A stretch of 64,000 bases of DNA from Nemertoderma westbladi (taxonomy: Eukaryota > Animalia > Xenacoelomorpha), in NCBI GenBank assembly GCA_032718475.1, contig JAUCBJ010008428.1, positions 1 to 64,000 on the forward strand, read 5' to 3'. Shown here one piece after another: positions 30,701 to 46,400 of the stretch. Made by a program: the position numbers and the translations under genes. The notes under the pieces are model-generated. The model was not told the origin of the DNA, did not search any database, and was given only the letters and a program-made list of their open reading frames with translations. Position 1 is the stretch's first letter, and the number at the start of each line of letters is the position of its first letter.

Positions 30701-31444
30701 ATAGTTCCGTACTCCTCCCCAATAGTTCCGTAGGCTACTGATCCCCAATAGTTCCGTACTCCTCCCCAATAATTCCGTACTCCTCCCCAATAGTTCCGTA
30801 CTCATCCCCAATAGTTCCGTAGGCTACTGATCCCCAATAGTTCCGTACTCCTCCCCAATAGTTCCGTACTCCTCCCCAATAGTTCCGTACTCCTCCCCAA
30901 TAGTTCCGTACTCCTCCCCAATAGTTCCGTACTCCTCCCCAATAGTTCCGTAGGCTACTGATCCCCAATATTTCCGTACTCCTCCCCAATAGTTCCGTAG
31001 GCTAATGATCCCCAATAGTTCCGTACTCCTCCCCAATAGTTCCGTACTCCTCCCCAATAGTTCCTGTAGGCTACAGATCCCCAATAGTTCTGTACTCCTC
31101 CCCAATAGTTCCGTACTCCTCCCCAATAGTTCCGTACTCCTCCCCAATAGTTCCGTAGGCTACTGATCCCCAATAGTTCCGTACTCAACCCCAATAGTTC
31201 CGTATTACTCCCCAATAGTTCCGTAGGCTACTGATCCCCAATAGTTCCGTACTCCTCCCCAATAGTTCCGTACTCCTCCCCAATAGTTCCGTACTCCTCC
31301 CCAATAGTTCCGTAGGCTACTGATCCCCAATAGTTCCGTACTCCTCCCCAATAGTTCCGTACTCCTCCCCAATAGTTCCGTACTCCTCCCCAATAGTTCC
31401 GTACTCCTCCCCAATAGTTCCGTACTCCTCCCCAATAGTTCCGT

Positions 31445-34400
31445 AGGCTACTGATCCCCAATAGTTCCGTACTCCTCCCCAATAGTTCCGTACTCCTCCC
31501 CAATAATTCCGTACTCCTCCCCAATAGTTCCGTAGGCTACTGATCCCCAATAGTTCCGTACTCCTCCCCAATAGTTCCGTACTCCTCCCCAATAGTTCCG
31601 TAGGCTACTGATCCCCAATAGTTCCGTACTCCTCCCCAATAGTTCCGTAGGCTACTGATCCCCAATAGTTCCGTACTCCTCCCCAATAGTTCCGTACTCC
31701 TCCCCAACAGTTCCGTACTCCTCCCCAATAGTTCCGTAGGCTACTGATCCCCAATAGTTCCGTACTCCTCCCCAATAGTTCCGTACTCCTCCCCAATAGT
31801 TCCGTACTCCTCCCCAATAGTTCCGTACTCCTCCCCAATAGTTCCGTACTCCTCCCCAATAGTTCCGTAGGCTACTGATCCCCAATAGTTCCGTACTCCT
31901 CCCCAGTTCCGTACTCCTCCCCAATAGTTCCTTACTCCTCCCCAATAGTTCCGTAGGCTACTGATCCCTAATAGTTCCGTACTCCTCCCCAATAGTTCCG
32001 TACTCCTCCCCCATAGTTCCGTACTCCTCCCAAATAGTTCCGTAGGCTACTGATCCCCAATAGTTCCGTACTCCTCCCCAATAGTTCCGTAGGCTACTGA
32101 ACTCCAATAGTTCCGTACTCCTCCCTTATAGTTCCGTAGGCTACTGATCCACAATAGTTCCGTACTCCTCCCCAATAGTTCCGTACTCCTCCCCAATAGT
32201 TCCGTAGGCTACTGATCCCCAATAGTTCCGTACTCTGCCCCAATAGTTCCGCAGGCTACTGATCCCCAATAGTTCCCTACTCCTCCCCAATAGTTCCGTA
32301 GGCTACTGATCCCCAATAGTTCCGCACTCCTCCCCAATAGTTCCGTAGGCTACTGATCCCAAATAGTTCCGTACTCCTCCCCAATATTTCCGTACTCCTC
32401 CCCAATAGTTCCGTAGGCTACTGATCCCCAATAGTTCCGTACTCCTCCCCAATAGTTCCGTAGGCTACTGATCCCCAATAGTTCCGTTCTCCTCCCCAAT
32501 AGTTCCGTACTCCTCCCCAATAGTTCCGTACTCCTCCCCAATAGTTCCGTACTCCTCCCCAATAGTTCCGTAGGCTACTGATCCCCAATATTTCCGTACT
32601 ACTCCCCAATAGTTCCGTAGGCTACTGATCCCCAATAGTTCAGAACTCCTCCCCAATAGTTCCGTAGTTTACTGATCCCCAATAGTTCCGTACTCCTCCC
32701 CACTCCCCAATAGTTCCGTACTCCTCCCCAATAGTTCAGTACTCCTCCCCAATAGTTCCGAACTCCTCCCCAATAGTTCCGTACTCCTCCCTAATAGTTC
32801 CGTACTCCTCCCCAATAGTTCCGTACTCCTCCCCAATAGTTCCGTAGGCTACTGATCCCCAATAGTTCCGTACTCCTCCCCAATAGTTCCGTGGGCTACA
32901 GATCCCCAATAGTTCCGTACTCCTCCCCAATAGTTCCGTACTCCTCCCCAATAGTTCCGTACTCCTCCCCAATAGTTGCGTACTCCTCCCCAATAGTTCC
33001 GTACTCCTCCCCAATAGTTCCGTAATCCTCCCCAATAGTTCCGTACTCCTCCCCAATAGTTCCGTAGGCTACTGATCCCCAATAGTTCCGTACTCCTCCC
33101 CAATAGTTCCGTATGCTACTGATCCCCAATAGTTCTGTACTCCTCCCCAATAGTTACGTACTCCTCCCCAATAGTTCCTTACTCCTCCCCAATAGTTCCG
33201 TAGGCTACTGATCCCCAATAGTTCCGTACTCCTCCCCAATAGTTCCGTAGGATACTGATCCCCAATAGTTCCGTACTCCTCCCCAATAGTTCCGTAGGCT
33301 ACTGATCCCCAATAGTTCCGTACTCCTCCCCAATAGTTCCGTACTCCTCCCCAATAGATCAGTACTCCTCCCCAATAGTTCCGAACTCCTCCCCAATAGT
33401 TCCGTACTCCTCCCTAATAGTTCCGTACTCCTCCCCAATAGTTCCGTACTCCTCCCCAATAGTTCCGTAGGCTACTGATCCCCAATAGTTCCGTACTCCT
33501 CCCCAATAGTTCCGTGGGCTACAGATCCCCAATAGTTCCGTACTCCTCCCCAATAGTTCCGTACTCCTCCCCAATAGTTCCGTACTCCTCCCCAATAGTT
33601 GCGTACTCCTCCCCAATAGTTCCGTACTCCTCCCCAATAGTTCCGTAATCCTCCCCAATAGTTCCGTACTCCTCCCCAATAGTTCCGTAGGCTACTGATC
33701 CCCAATAGTTCCGTACTCCTCCCCAATAGTTCCGTAGGCTACTGATCCCCAATAGTTCTGTACTCCTCCCCAATAGTTACGTACTCCTCCCCAATAGTTC
33801 CTTACTCCTCCCCAATAGTTCCGTAGGCTACTGATCCCCAATAGTTCCGTACTCCTCCCCAATAGTTCCGTAGGCTACTGATCCCCAATAGTTCCGTACT
33901 CCTCCCTAATAGTTCCGTACTCCTCCCCAATAGTTCCGGAGGCTGCTACTGATCCCCAATAGTTCCGTACTCCTTCCCAATGGTTCCATAGGCTACTGAT
34001 CCCCAATAGTTCCGTACTCCTCCCCAATAGTTCCGTACTCCTCCCCAATAATTCCGTACTCCTCCCCAATAGTTCCGTAGGCTACTGATCCCCAATAGTT
34101 CCGTACTCCTCCCCAATAGTTCCGTACTCCTCCCCAATAGTTCCGTACTCCTCCCCAATATTTCCTTACTCCTCCCCAATAGTTCCGTAGGCTACTGATC
34201 CCTAATAGTTCCGTACTCCTCCCCAATAGTTCCGTACTCCTCCCCAATAGTTCCGTACTCCTCCCAAATAGTTCCGTAGGCTACTGATCCCCAATAGTTC
34301 CGTACTCCTACCCAATAGTTCCGTAGGCTACTGAACTCCAATAGTTCCGTACTCCTCCCCAATAGTTCCGTACTCCTCCCCAATAGTTCCGTAGGCTACA

Positions 34401-37400
34401 GATCCCCAATAGTTCCGTACTCCTCCCCAATAGTTCCGTACTCCTCCCCAATAGTTCCGTACTCCTCCCCAATAGTTCCGTAGGCTACTGATCCCCAATA
34501 GTTCCGTACTCTGCCCCAATAGTTCCGCAGGCTACTGATCCCCAATAGTTCCGTACTCCTCCCCAATAGTTCCGTAGGCTACTGATCCCCAATAGTTCCG
34601 TACTCCTCCCCAATAGTTCCGTAGGCTACTGATCCCCAATAGTTCCGTACTCCTCCCCAATAGTTCCGTACTCCTCCCCAATAGTTCCGTACTCCTCCCC
34701 AATAGTTCCGTAGGCTACTGATCCCCAATAGTTCCGTACTCCTCCCCAATAGTCCCGTAGGCTACTGATCCCCAATAGTGCCGTACTACTCCCCAATAGT
34801 TCCGTACTCCTCCCCAGTTCCGTAGGCTACTGATCCCCAATAGTTCCGTACTCCTCCCCAATAGTTCCGTAGGCTACTGATCCCCAATAGTTCCGTACTC
34901 CTCCCCAATAGTTCCGTAGGCTACTGATCCCCAATAGTTCCGTACTCTGCCCCAATAGTTCCGCAGGCTACTGATCCCCAATAGTTCCGTACTCCTCCCC
35001 AATAGTTCCGTAGGCTACTGATCCCCAATAGTTCCGTACTCCTCCCCAATAGTTCCGTAGGCTACTGATCCCCAATAGTTCCGTACTCCTCCCCAATAGT
35101 TCCGTACTCCTCCCCAATAGTTCCGTACTCCTCCCCAATAGTTCCGTAGGCTACTGATCCCCAATAGTTCCGTACTCCTCCCCAATAGTCCCGTAGGCTA
35201 CTGATCCCCAATAGTGCCGTACTAGTCCCCAATAGTTCCGTACTCCTCCCCAGTTCCGTAGGCTACTGATCCCCAATAGTTCCGTACTCCTCCCCAATAG
35301 TTCCGTAGGCTACTGATCCCCGAAAGTTCCGTACTCCTCCCCAATAGTTCCGTACTCCTCCCCAATAGTTCCGTTGGCTACTGATCCCCAATAGTTCCGT
35401 ACTCCTCCCCAATAGTTCCGTAGGCTACTGATCCCCAATAGTTCCATACTCCTCCCCAATAGTTCCGTAGGCTACTGAACCCCAATAGTTCCGTACTCCT
35501 CCCCAATAGTTCCGTAGGCTACTGATCCCCAATAGTTCCGTACTCCTCCCCAATAGTTCCGTACTTCTCCCCAATAGTTCCGTACTCCTCCCAAATAGTT
35601 CCGTAGGCTACTGATCCCCAATAGTTCCGTACTCCTCCCCAATAGTTCCGTACTCCTCCCCAATAGTTCCGTAATCCTCCCCAATAGTTCCGTACTCCTC
35701 CCCAATAGTTCCGTAGGCTACTGATCCCCAATAGTTCCGTACTCGTCCCCAATAGTTCCGTAGGCTACTGATCCCCAATAGTTCCGTACTCCTCCCCAAT
35801 AGTTCCGTAGTCCTCCCCAATAGTTCCGTACTCCTCCCCAATAGTTCCGTACTCCTCCCCAATAGTTCCGTACTCCTCCCCAATAGTTCCGTACTCCTCC
35901 CCAATAGTTCCGAACTCCTCCCCAATAGTTCCGTAGGATACTGATCCCCAATAGTTCCGTACTCCTCCCCAATAGTTCCGTACTCCTCCCCAATAGTTCC
36001 GTACTCCTCCCCAATAGTTCCGTAGGCTACTGATCCCCAATAGTTCCGTACTCCTCCCCAATAGTTCCGTACTCCTCCCCAATAGTTCCGTACTCATCCC
36101 CAATAGTTCCGTACTCCTCCCCAATAGTTCCGTAATCCTCCACAATAGTTCCGTAGGCTACTGATCCCCAATAGTTCCGTACACCTCCCCAATAGTTCCG
36201 TGGGCTACTGATCCCCAATAGTTCCGTACTCGTCCCCAATAGTTCCGTAGGCTACTGATCCCCAATAGTTCCGTACTCCTCCCCAATAGTTCCGTAGTCC
36301 TCCCCAATAGTTCCGTACTCCTCCCCAATAGTTCCGTACTCCTCCCCAATAGTTCCGTACTCCTCCCCAATAGTTCCGTACTCCTCCCCAATAGTTCCGA
36401 ACTCCTCCCCAATAGTTCCGTAGGATACTGATCCCCAATAGTTCCGTACTCCTCCCCAATAGTTCCGTACTCCTCCCCAATAGTTCCGTACTCCTCCCCA
36501 ATAGTTCCGTAGGCTACTGATCCCCAATAGTTCCGTACTCCTCCCCAATAGTTCCGTACTCCTCCCCAATAGTTCCGTACTCATCCCCAATAGTTCCGTA
36601 CTCCTCCCCAATAGTTCCGTAATCCTCCACAATAGTTCCGTAGGCTACTGATCCCCAATAGTTCCGTACACCTCCCCAATAGTTCCGTGGGCTACTGATC
36701 CCCAATAGTTCCGTACTCCTCCCCAATAGTTCCGTACTCCTCCCCAATAGTTCCGTACTCCTCCCCAATAGTTCCGTAGGCTACTGATCCCCAATAGTTC
36801 CGTACTCCTCCCCAATAGTTCCGTACTCCACCACAATAGTTCCGTAGGCTACTGATCCCCAATAGTTCCGTACTCCTCCCCAATAGTTCCGTACTCCTCC
36901 CAATAGTTCCTTACTCCTCCCCAATAGTTCCGTAGGCTACTGATCCCTAATAGTTCCGTACTCCTCCCCAATAGTTCCGTACTCCTCCCCAATAGTTCCG
37001 TACTCCTCCCAAATAGTTCCGTAGGCTACTGATCCCCAATAGTTCCGTACTCCTCCCCAATAGTTCTGTAGGCTACTGAACTCCAATAGTTCCGTACTCC
37101 TCCCCAATAGTTCCGTAGGCTACTGATCCCCAATAGTTCCGTACTCCTCCCCAATAGTTCCGTACTCCTCCCCAATAGTTCCATAGGCTACTGATCCCCA
37201 ATAGTTCCGTACTCTGCCCCAATAGTTCCGCAGGCTACTGATCCCCAATAGTTCCGTACTCCTCCCCAATAGTTCCGTAGGCTACTGATCCCCAATAGTT
37301 CCGTATTCCTCCCCAATAGTTCCGTAGGCTACTGATCCCCAATAGTTCCGTACTCCTCCCCAATATTTCCGTACTCCTCCCCAATAGTTCCGTAGGCTAC

Positions 37401-40400
37401 TGATCCCCAATAGTTCCGTACTCCTCCCCAATAGTTCCGTAGGCTACTGATCCCCAATAGTTCCGTTCTCCTCCCCAATAGTTCCGTACTCCTCCCCAAT
37501 AGTTCCGTACTCCTCCCCAATATTTCCGTACTACTCCCCAATAGTTCCGTAGGCTACTGATCCCCAATAGTTCAGTACTCCTCCCCAATAGTTCCGTAGG
37601 CTACTGATCCCCAATAGTTCCGTACTCCTCCCCAATAGTTCCGTACTCCTCCCCAATAGTTCCGTAGGCTACCCCAATAGTTCCGTACTCCTCCCCAATA
37701 GTTCCGTAGGCTACTGATCCCCAATAGTTCCGTACTCCTCCCCAATAGTTCCGTACTCCTCCCCAATAGTTCCGTACTCCTCCCCAATAGTTCCGAACTC
37801 CTCCCCAATAGTTCCGTACTCCTCCCTAATAGTTCCGTACTCCTCCCCAATGGTTCCGTACTCCTCCCCAATAGTTCCGTAGGCTACTGATACCCAATAG
37901 TTCTGTACTCCTCCCCAATAGTTCCGTGGGCTACAGATCCCCAATAGTTCGGTACTCCTCCCCAATAGTTCCGTACTCCTCCCCAATAGTTCCGTACTCC
38001 TCCCCAATAGTTGCGTACTCCTCCCCAATAGTTCCGTACTACTCCCCAATAGTTCCGTAATCCTCCCCAGTAGTTCCGTACTCCTCCCCAATAGTTCCGT
38101 AGGCTACTGATCCCCAATAGTTCCGTACTCCTCCCCAATAGTTCCGTAGGCTACTGATCCCCAATAGTTCTGTACTCCTCTCCAATAGTTACGTACTCCT
38201 CCCCAATAGTTCCTTACTCCTCCCCAATAGTTCCGTAGGCTACTGATCCCCAATAGTTCCGTACTCCTCCCCAATAGTTCCGTACTCCTCCCCAATAGTT
38301 CCGGAGGCTGCTACTGATCCCCAATAGTTCCGTACTCCTTCCCAATGGTTCCATAGGCAACTGATCCCCAATAGTTCCGTACTCCTCCCCAATAGTTCCG
38401 TACTCCTCCCCAATAATTCCGTACTCCTCCCCAATAGTTCCGTAGGCTACTGATCCCCAATAGTTCCGTACTCCTCCCCAATAGTTCCGTACTCCTCCCC
38501 AATAGTTCCGTAGGCTACTGATCCCCAATAGTTCCGTACTCCTCCCCAATAGTTCCGTACTCCTCCCCAATAGTTCCGTACTCCTCCCCAATAGTTCCTT
38601 ACTCCTCCCCAATAGTTCCGTAGGCTACTGATCCCTAATAGTTCCGTACTCCTCCCCAATAGTTCCGTACTCCTCCCCAATAGTTCCGTACTTCTCCCAA
38701 ATAGTTCCGTAGGCTACTGATCCCCAATAGTTCCGTACTCCTCCCCAATAGTTCCGTAGGTTACTGAACTCCAATAGTTCCGTACTCCTCCCCAATAGTT
38801 CCGTAGGCTACTGATCCCCAATAGTTCCGTACTCCTCCCCAATAGTTCCGTACGCCTCCCCAATAGTTCCGTAGGCTACTGATCCCCAATAGTTCCGTAC
38901 TCTGCCCCAATAGTTCCGCAGGCTACTGATCCCCAATAGTTCCGTACTCCTCCCCAATAGTTCCGTAGGCTACTGATCCCCAATAGTTCCGTACTCCTCC
39001 CCAATAGTTCCGTAGGCTACTGATCCCCAATAGTTCCGTACTCCTCCCCAATAGTTCCGTACTCCTCCCCAATAGTTCCGTACTCCTCCCCAATAGTTCC
39101 GTACTCCTCCCCAATAGTTCCGTAGGCTACTGATCCCCAATAGTTCCGTACTCCTCCCCAATAGTTCCGTAGGCTACTGATCCCCAATAGTGCCGTGCTC
39201 CTCCCCAATAGTTCCGTACTCCTCCTCAATAGTTCCGTACTCCTCCCCAGTTCCGTAGGCTACTGATCCCCAATAGTTCCGTACTCCTCCCCAATAGTTC
39301 CGTAGGCTACTGATCCCCAATAGTTCCGTACTCCTCCCCGATAGTTCCGTACTCCTCCCCAATAGTTCCGTACTCCTCCCCAATAGTTCCGTTGGCTACT
39401 GATCCCCAATAGTTCCGTACTCCTCCCCAATAGTTCCGTAGGCTACTGATCCCCAATAGTTCCGTACTCCTCCCCGATAGTTCCGTACTCCTCCCCAATA
39501 GTTCCGTACTCCTCCCCAATAGTTCCGTAGGCTACTGATCCCCAATAGTTTCCGTACTCCTCCCCAATAATTCCGTAGGCTACTGAACCCCAATAGTTCC
39601 GTACTCCTCCCCAATAGTTCCGTAGGCTACTGATCCCCAATAGTTCCGTACTCCTCCCCAATAGTTCCGTACTCCTCCCCAATAGTTCCGTACTCCTCCC
39701 CAATAGTTCCGTACTCCTCCCAAATAGTTCCGTAGGCTACTGATCCCCAATAGTTCCTTACTCCTCCCCAATAGTTCCGTAGGCTACTGAACTCCAATAG
39801 TTCCGTACTCCTCCCCAATAGTTCCGTAGGCTACTGATCCCCAATAGTTCCGTACTCCTCCCCAATAGTTCCGTAGGCTACTGATCCCCAATAGTTCCGT
39901 ACTCTGCCCCAATAGTTCCACAGGCTACTGATCCCCAATAGTTCCGTACTCCTCCCCAATAGTCCCGTAGGCTACTGATCCCCAATAGTTCCGTACTCCC
40001 CCCCAATAGTTCCGTAGGCTACAGATCCCCAATAGTTCCGTACTCCTCCCCAATAGTTCCGTACTCCTCCCCAATAGTTCCGTACTCCTCCCCAATAGTT
40101 CCGTAGGCTACTGATCCCCAATAGTTCCGTACACCTCCCCAATAGTTCCGTAGGCTACTGAACCCCAATAGTGCCGTACTCCTCCCCAATAGTTCCGTAC
40201 TCCTTCCCAATAGTTCCGTACTCCTCCCCAATAGCTCCGTACTCCTCCCCAGTTCCGTAGGCTACTGATCCCCAATAGTTCCGTACTCCTCCCCAATAGT
40301 TCCGTACTCCTCCCCAATAGTTCCTTACTCCTCCCCAATAGTTCCGTAGGCTACTGATCCCCAATAGTTCCGTACTCTGCCCCAATAGTTCCGTAGGCTA

Positions 40401-43400
40401 CTGATCCCCAATAGTTCCGTACTCCTCCCCAATAGTTCCGTACTCCTCCCCAATAGTTCCGTAGGCTACTGATCCCCAATAGTTCCGTACTCTGCCCCAA
40501 TAGTTCCGTAGGCTACTGATCCCCAATAGTTCCGTACTCCTCCCCAATAGTTCCGTAGGCTACTGATCCCCAATAGTGCCGTACTCCTCCCCAATAGTTC
40601 CGTACTCCTCCCCAATAGTTCCGTACTCCTCCCCAATAGTTCCGTACTCCTCCCCAGTTCCGTAGGCTACTGATCCCCAATAGTTCCGTACTCCTCCCCA
40701 ATAGTTCCGTAGGCTACTGATCCCCAATAGTTCCGTACTCCTCCCCAATAGTTCCGTACTCCTCCCCAATAGTTCCGTACTCCTCCCCAATAGTTCCGTA
40801 CTCCTCCCCAATAGTTCCGTACTCCTCCCCATTAGTTCCGTTGGCTACTGATCCCCAATAGTTCCGTACTCCTCCCCAATAGTTCCGTAGGCTACTGATC
40901 CCCAATAGTTCCGTACTCCTCCCCAATAGTTCCGTACTCCTCCCCAATAGTTCCTTACTCCTCCCCAATAGTTCCGTAGGCTACTGATCCCTAATAGTTC
41001 CGTACTCCTCCCCAATAGTTCCGTACTCCTCCCCAATAGTTCCGTACTCCTCCCCAATAGTTCCGTAGGCTACTGATCCCCAATAGTTCCGTACTCCTCC
41101 CCAATAGTTCCGTAGGCTACTGATCCCCAATAGTTCTGTACTCCTCCCCAATAGTTACGTACTCCTCCCCAATAGTTCCTTACTCCTCCCCAATAGTTCC
41201 GTAGGCTACTGATCCCCAATAGTTCCGTACTCCTCCCCAATAGTTCCGTACTCCTTCCCAATGGTTCCATAGGCTACTGATCCCCAATAGTTCCGTACTC
41301 CTCCCCAATAGTTCCGTACTCCTCCCCAATAATTCCGTACTCCTCCCCAATAGTTCCGTAGGCTACTGATCCCCAATAGTTCCGTACTCCTCCCCAATAG
41401 TTCCGTACTCCTCCCCAATAGTTCCGTAGGCTACTGATCCCCAATAGTTCCGTACTCCTCCCCAATAGTTCCGTAGGCTACTGATCCCCAATAGTTCTGT
41501 ACTCCTCCCCAATAGTTCCGTACTCCTCCCCAACAGTTCCGTACTCCTCCCCAATAGTTCCGTAGGCTACTGATCCCCAATAGTTCCGTACTCCTCCCCA
41601 ATAGTTCCGTACTCCTCCCCAATAGTTCCGTACTCCTCCCCAATAGTTCCGTACTCCTCCCCAATAGTTCCGTACTCCTCCCCAATAGTTCCGTAGGCTA
41701 CTGATCCCCAATAGTTCCGTACTCCTCCCCAGTTCCGTACTCCTCCCCAATAGTTCCTTACTCCTCCCCAATAGTTCCGTAGGCTACTGATCCCTAATAG
41801 TTCCGTACTCCTCCCCAATAGTTCCGTACTCCTCCCCCATAGTTCCGTACTCCTCCCAAATAGTTCCGTAGGCTACTGATCCCCAATAGTTCCGTACTCC
41901 TCCCCAATAGTTCCGTAGGCTACTGAACTCCAATAGTTCCGTACTCCTCCCTTATAGTTCCGTAGGCTACTGATCCACAATAGTTCCGTACTCCTCCCCA
42001 ATAGTTCCGTACTCCTCCCCAATAGTTCCGTAGGCTACTGATCCCCAATAGTTCCGTACTCTGCCCCAATAGTTCCGCAGGCTACTGATCCCCAATAGTT
42101 CCCTACTCCTCCCGAATAGTTCCGTAGGCTACTGATCCCCAATAGTTCCGTACTCCTCCCCAATAGTTCCGTAGGCTACTGATCCCCAATAGTTCCGTAC
42201 TCCTCCCCAATAGTTCCGTAGGCTACTGATCCCCAATAGTTCCGTTCTCCTCCCCAATAGTTCCGTACTCCTCCCCAATAGTTCCGTACTCCTCCCCAAT
42301 AGTTCCGTACTCCTCCCCAATAGTTCCGTAGGCTACTGATCCCCAATATTTCCGTACTACTCCCCAATAGTTCCGTAGGCTACTGATCCCCAATAGTTCA
42401 GAACTCCTCCCCAATAGTTCCGTAGTTTACTGATCCCCAATAGTTCCGTACTCCTCCCCACTCCCCAATAGTTCCGTACTCCTCCCCAATAGTTCAGTAC
42501 TCCTCCCCAATAGTTCCGAACTCCTCCCCAATAGTTCCGTACTCCTCCCTAATAGTTCCGTACTCCTCCCCAATAGTTCCGTACTCCTCCCCAATAGTTC
42601 CGTAGGCTACTGATCCCCAATAGTTCCGTACTCCTCCCCAATAGTTCCGTGGGCTACAGATCCCCAATAGTTCCGTACTCCTCCCCAATAGTTCCGTACT
42701 CCTCCCCAATAGTTCCGTACTCCTCCCCAATAGTTGCGTACTCCTCCCCAATAGTTCCGTACTCCTCCCCAATAGTTCCGTAATCCTCCCCAATAGTTCC
42801 GTACTCCTCCCCAATAGTTCCGTAGGCTACTGATCCCCAATAGTTCCGTACTCCTCCCCAATAGTTCCGTATGCTACTGATCCCCAATAGTTCTGTACTC
42901 CTCCCCAATAGTTACGTACTCCTCCCCAATAGTTCCTTACTCCTCCCCAATAGTTCCGTAGGCTACTGATCCCCAATAGTTCCGTACTCCTCCCCAATAG
43001 TTCCGTAGGATACTGATCCCCAATAGTTCCGTACTCCTCCCCAATAGTTCCGTAGGCTACTGATCCCCAATAGTTCCGTACTCCTCCCCAATAGTTCCGT
43101 ACTCCTCCCCAATAGATCAGTACTCCTCCCCAATAGTTCCGAACTCCTCCCCAATAGTTCCGTACTCCTCCCTAATAGTTCCGTACTCCTCCCCAATAGT
43201 TCCGTACTCCTCCCCAATAGTTCCGTAGGCTACTGATCCCCAATAGTTCCGTACTCCTCCCCAATAGTTCCGTGGGCTACAGATCCCCAATAGTTCCGTA
43301 CTCCTCCCCAATAGTTCCGTACTCCTCCCCAATAGTTCCGTACTCCTCCCCAATAGTTGCGTACTCCTCCCCAATAGTTCCGTACTCCTCCCCAATAGTT

Positions 43401-46400
43401 CCGTAATCCTCCCCAATAGTTCCGTACTCCTCCCCAATAGTTCCGTAGGCTACTGATCCCCAATAGTTCCGTACTCCTCCCCAATAGTTCCGTAGGCTAC
43501 TGATCCCCAATAGTTCTGTACTCCTCCCCAATAGTTACGTACTCCTCCCCAATAGTTCCTTACTCCTCCCCAATAGTTCCGTAGGCTACTGATCCCCAAT
43601 AGTTCCGTACTCCTCCCCAATAGTTCCGTAGGCTACTGATCCCCAATAGTTCCGTACTCCTCCCTAATAGTTCCGTACTCCTCCCCAATAGTTCCGGAGG
43701 CTGCTACTGATCCCCAATAGTTCCGTACTCCTTCCCAATGGTTCCATAGGCTACTGATCCCCAATAGTTCCGTACTCCTCCCCAATAGTTCCGTACTCCT
43801 CCCCAATAATTCCGTACTCCTCCCCAATAGTTCCGTAGGCTACTGATCCCCAATAGTTCCGTACTCCTCCCCAATAGTTCCGTACTCCTCCCCAATAGTT
43901 CCGTACTCCTCCCCAATATTTCCTTACTCCTCCCCAATAGTTCCGTAGGCTACTGATCCCTAATAGTTCCGTACTCCTCCCCAATAGTTCCGTACTCCTC
44001 CCCAATAGTTCCGTACTCCTCCCAAATAGTTCCGTAGGCTACTGATCCCCAATAGTTCCGTACTCCTACCCAATAGTTCCGTAGGCTACTGAACTCCAAT
44101 AGTTCCGTACTCCTCCCCAATAGTTCCGTACTCCTCCCCAATAGTTCCGTAGGCTACAGATCCCCAATAGTTCCGTACTCCTCCCCAATAGTTCCGTACT
44201 CCTCCCCAATAGTTCCGTACTCCTCCCCAATAGTTCCGTAGGCTACTGATCCCCAATAGTTCCGTACTCTGCCCCAATAGTTCCGCAGGCTACTGATCCC
44301 CAATAGTTCCGTACTCCTCCCCAATAGTTCCGTAGGCTACTGATCCCCAATAGTTCCGTACTCCTCCCCAATAGTTCCGTAGGCTACTGATCCCCAATAG
44401 TTCCGTACTCCTCCCCAATAGTTCCGTACTCCTCCCCAATAGTTCCGTACTCCTCCCCAATAGTTCCGTAGGCTACTGATCCCCAATAGTTCCGTACTCC
44501 TCCCCAATAGTCCCGTAGGCTACTGATCCCCAATAGTGCCGTACTACTCCCCAATAGTTCCGTACTCCTCCCCAGTTCCGTAGGCTACTGATCCCCAATA
44601 GTTCCGTACTCCTCCCCAATAGTTCCGTAGGCTACTGATCCCCAATAGTTCCGTACTCCTCCCCAATAGTTCCGTAGGCTACTGATCCCCAATAGTTCCG
44701 TACTCTGCCCCAATAGTTCCGCAGGCTACTGATCCCCAATAGTTCCGTACTCCTCCCCAATAGTTCCGTAGGCTACTGATCCCCAATAGTTCCGTACTCC
44801 TCCCCAATAGTTCCGTAGGCTACTGATCCCCAATAGTTCCGTACTCCTCCCCAATAGTTCCGTACTCCTCCCCAATAGTTCCGTACTCCTCCCCAATAGT
44901 TCCGTAGGCTACTGATCCCCAATAGTTCCGTACTCCTCCCCAATAGTCCCGTAGGCTACTGATCCCCAATAGTGCCGTACTAGTCCCCAATAGTTCCGTA
45001 CTCCTCCCCAGTTCCGTAGGCTACTGATCCCCAATAGTTCCGTACTCCTCCCCAATAGTTCCGTAGGCTACTGATCCCCGAAAGTTCCGTACTCCTCCCC
45101 AATAGTTCCGTACTCCTCCCCAATAGTTCCGTTGGCTACTGATCCCCAATAGTTCCGTACTCCTCCCCAATAGTTCCGTAGGCTACTGATCCCCAATAGT
45201 TCCATACTCCTCCCCAATAGTTCCGTAGGCTACTGAACCCCAATAGTTCCGTACTCCTCCCCAATAGTTCCGTAGGCTACTGATCCCCAATAGTTCCGTA
45301 CTCCTCCCCAATAGTTCCGTACTTCTCCCCAATAGTTCCGTACTCCTCCCAAATAGTTCCGTAGGCTACTGATCCCCAATAGTTCCGTACTCCTCCCCAA
45401 TAGTTCCGTACTCCTCCCCAATAGTTCCGTAATCCTCCCCAATAGTTCCGTACTCCTCCCCAATAGTTCCGTAGGCTACTGATCCCCAATAGTTCCGTAC
45501 TCGTCCCCAATAGTTCCGTAGGCTACTGATCCCCAATAGTTCCGTACTCCTCCCCAATAGTTCCGTAGTCCTCCCCAATAGTTCCGTACTCCTCCCCAAT
45601 AGTTCCGTACTCCTCCCCAATAGTTCCGTACTCCTCCCCAATAGTTCCGTACTCCTCCCCAATAGTTCCGAACTCCTCCCCAATAGTTCCGTAGGATACT
45701 GATCCCCAATAGTTCCGTACTCCTCCCCAATAGTTCCGTACTCCTCCCCAATAGTTCCGTACTCCTCCCCAATAGTTCCGTAGGCTACTGATCCCCAATA
45801 GTTCCGTACTCCTCCCCAATAGTTCCGTACTCCTCCCCAATAGTTCCGTACTCATCCCCAATAGTTCCGTACTCCTCCCCAATAGTTCCGTAATCCTCCA
45901 CAATAGTTCCGTAGGCTACTGATCCCCAATAGTTCCGTACACCTCCCCAATAGTTCCGTGGGCTACTGATCCCCAATAGTTCCGTACTCGTCCCCAATAG
46001 TTCCGTAGGCTACTGATCCCCAATAGTTCCGTACTCCTCCCCAATAGTTCCGTAGTCCTCCCCAATAGTTCCGTACTCCTCCCCAATAGTTCCGTACTCC
46101 TCCCCAATAGTTCCGTACTCCTCCCCAATAGTTCCGTACTCCTCCCCAATAGTTCCGAACTCCTCCCCAATAGTTCCGTAGGATACTGATCCCCAATAGT
46201 TCCGTACTCCTCCCCAATAGTTCCGTACTCCTCCCCAATAGTTCCGTACTCCTCCCCAATAGTTCCGTAGGCTACTGATCCCCAATAGTTCCGTACTCCT
46301 CCCCAATAGTTCCGTACTCCTCCCCAATAGTTCCGTACTCATCCCCAATAGTTCCGTACTCCTCCCCAATAGTTCCGTAATCCTCCACAATAGTTCCGTA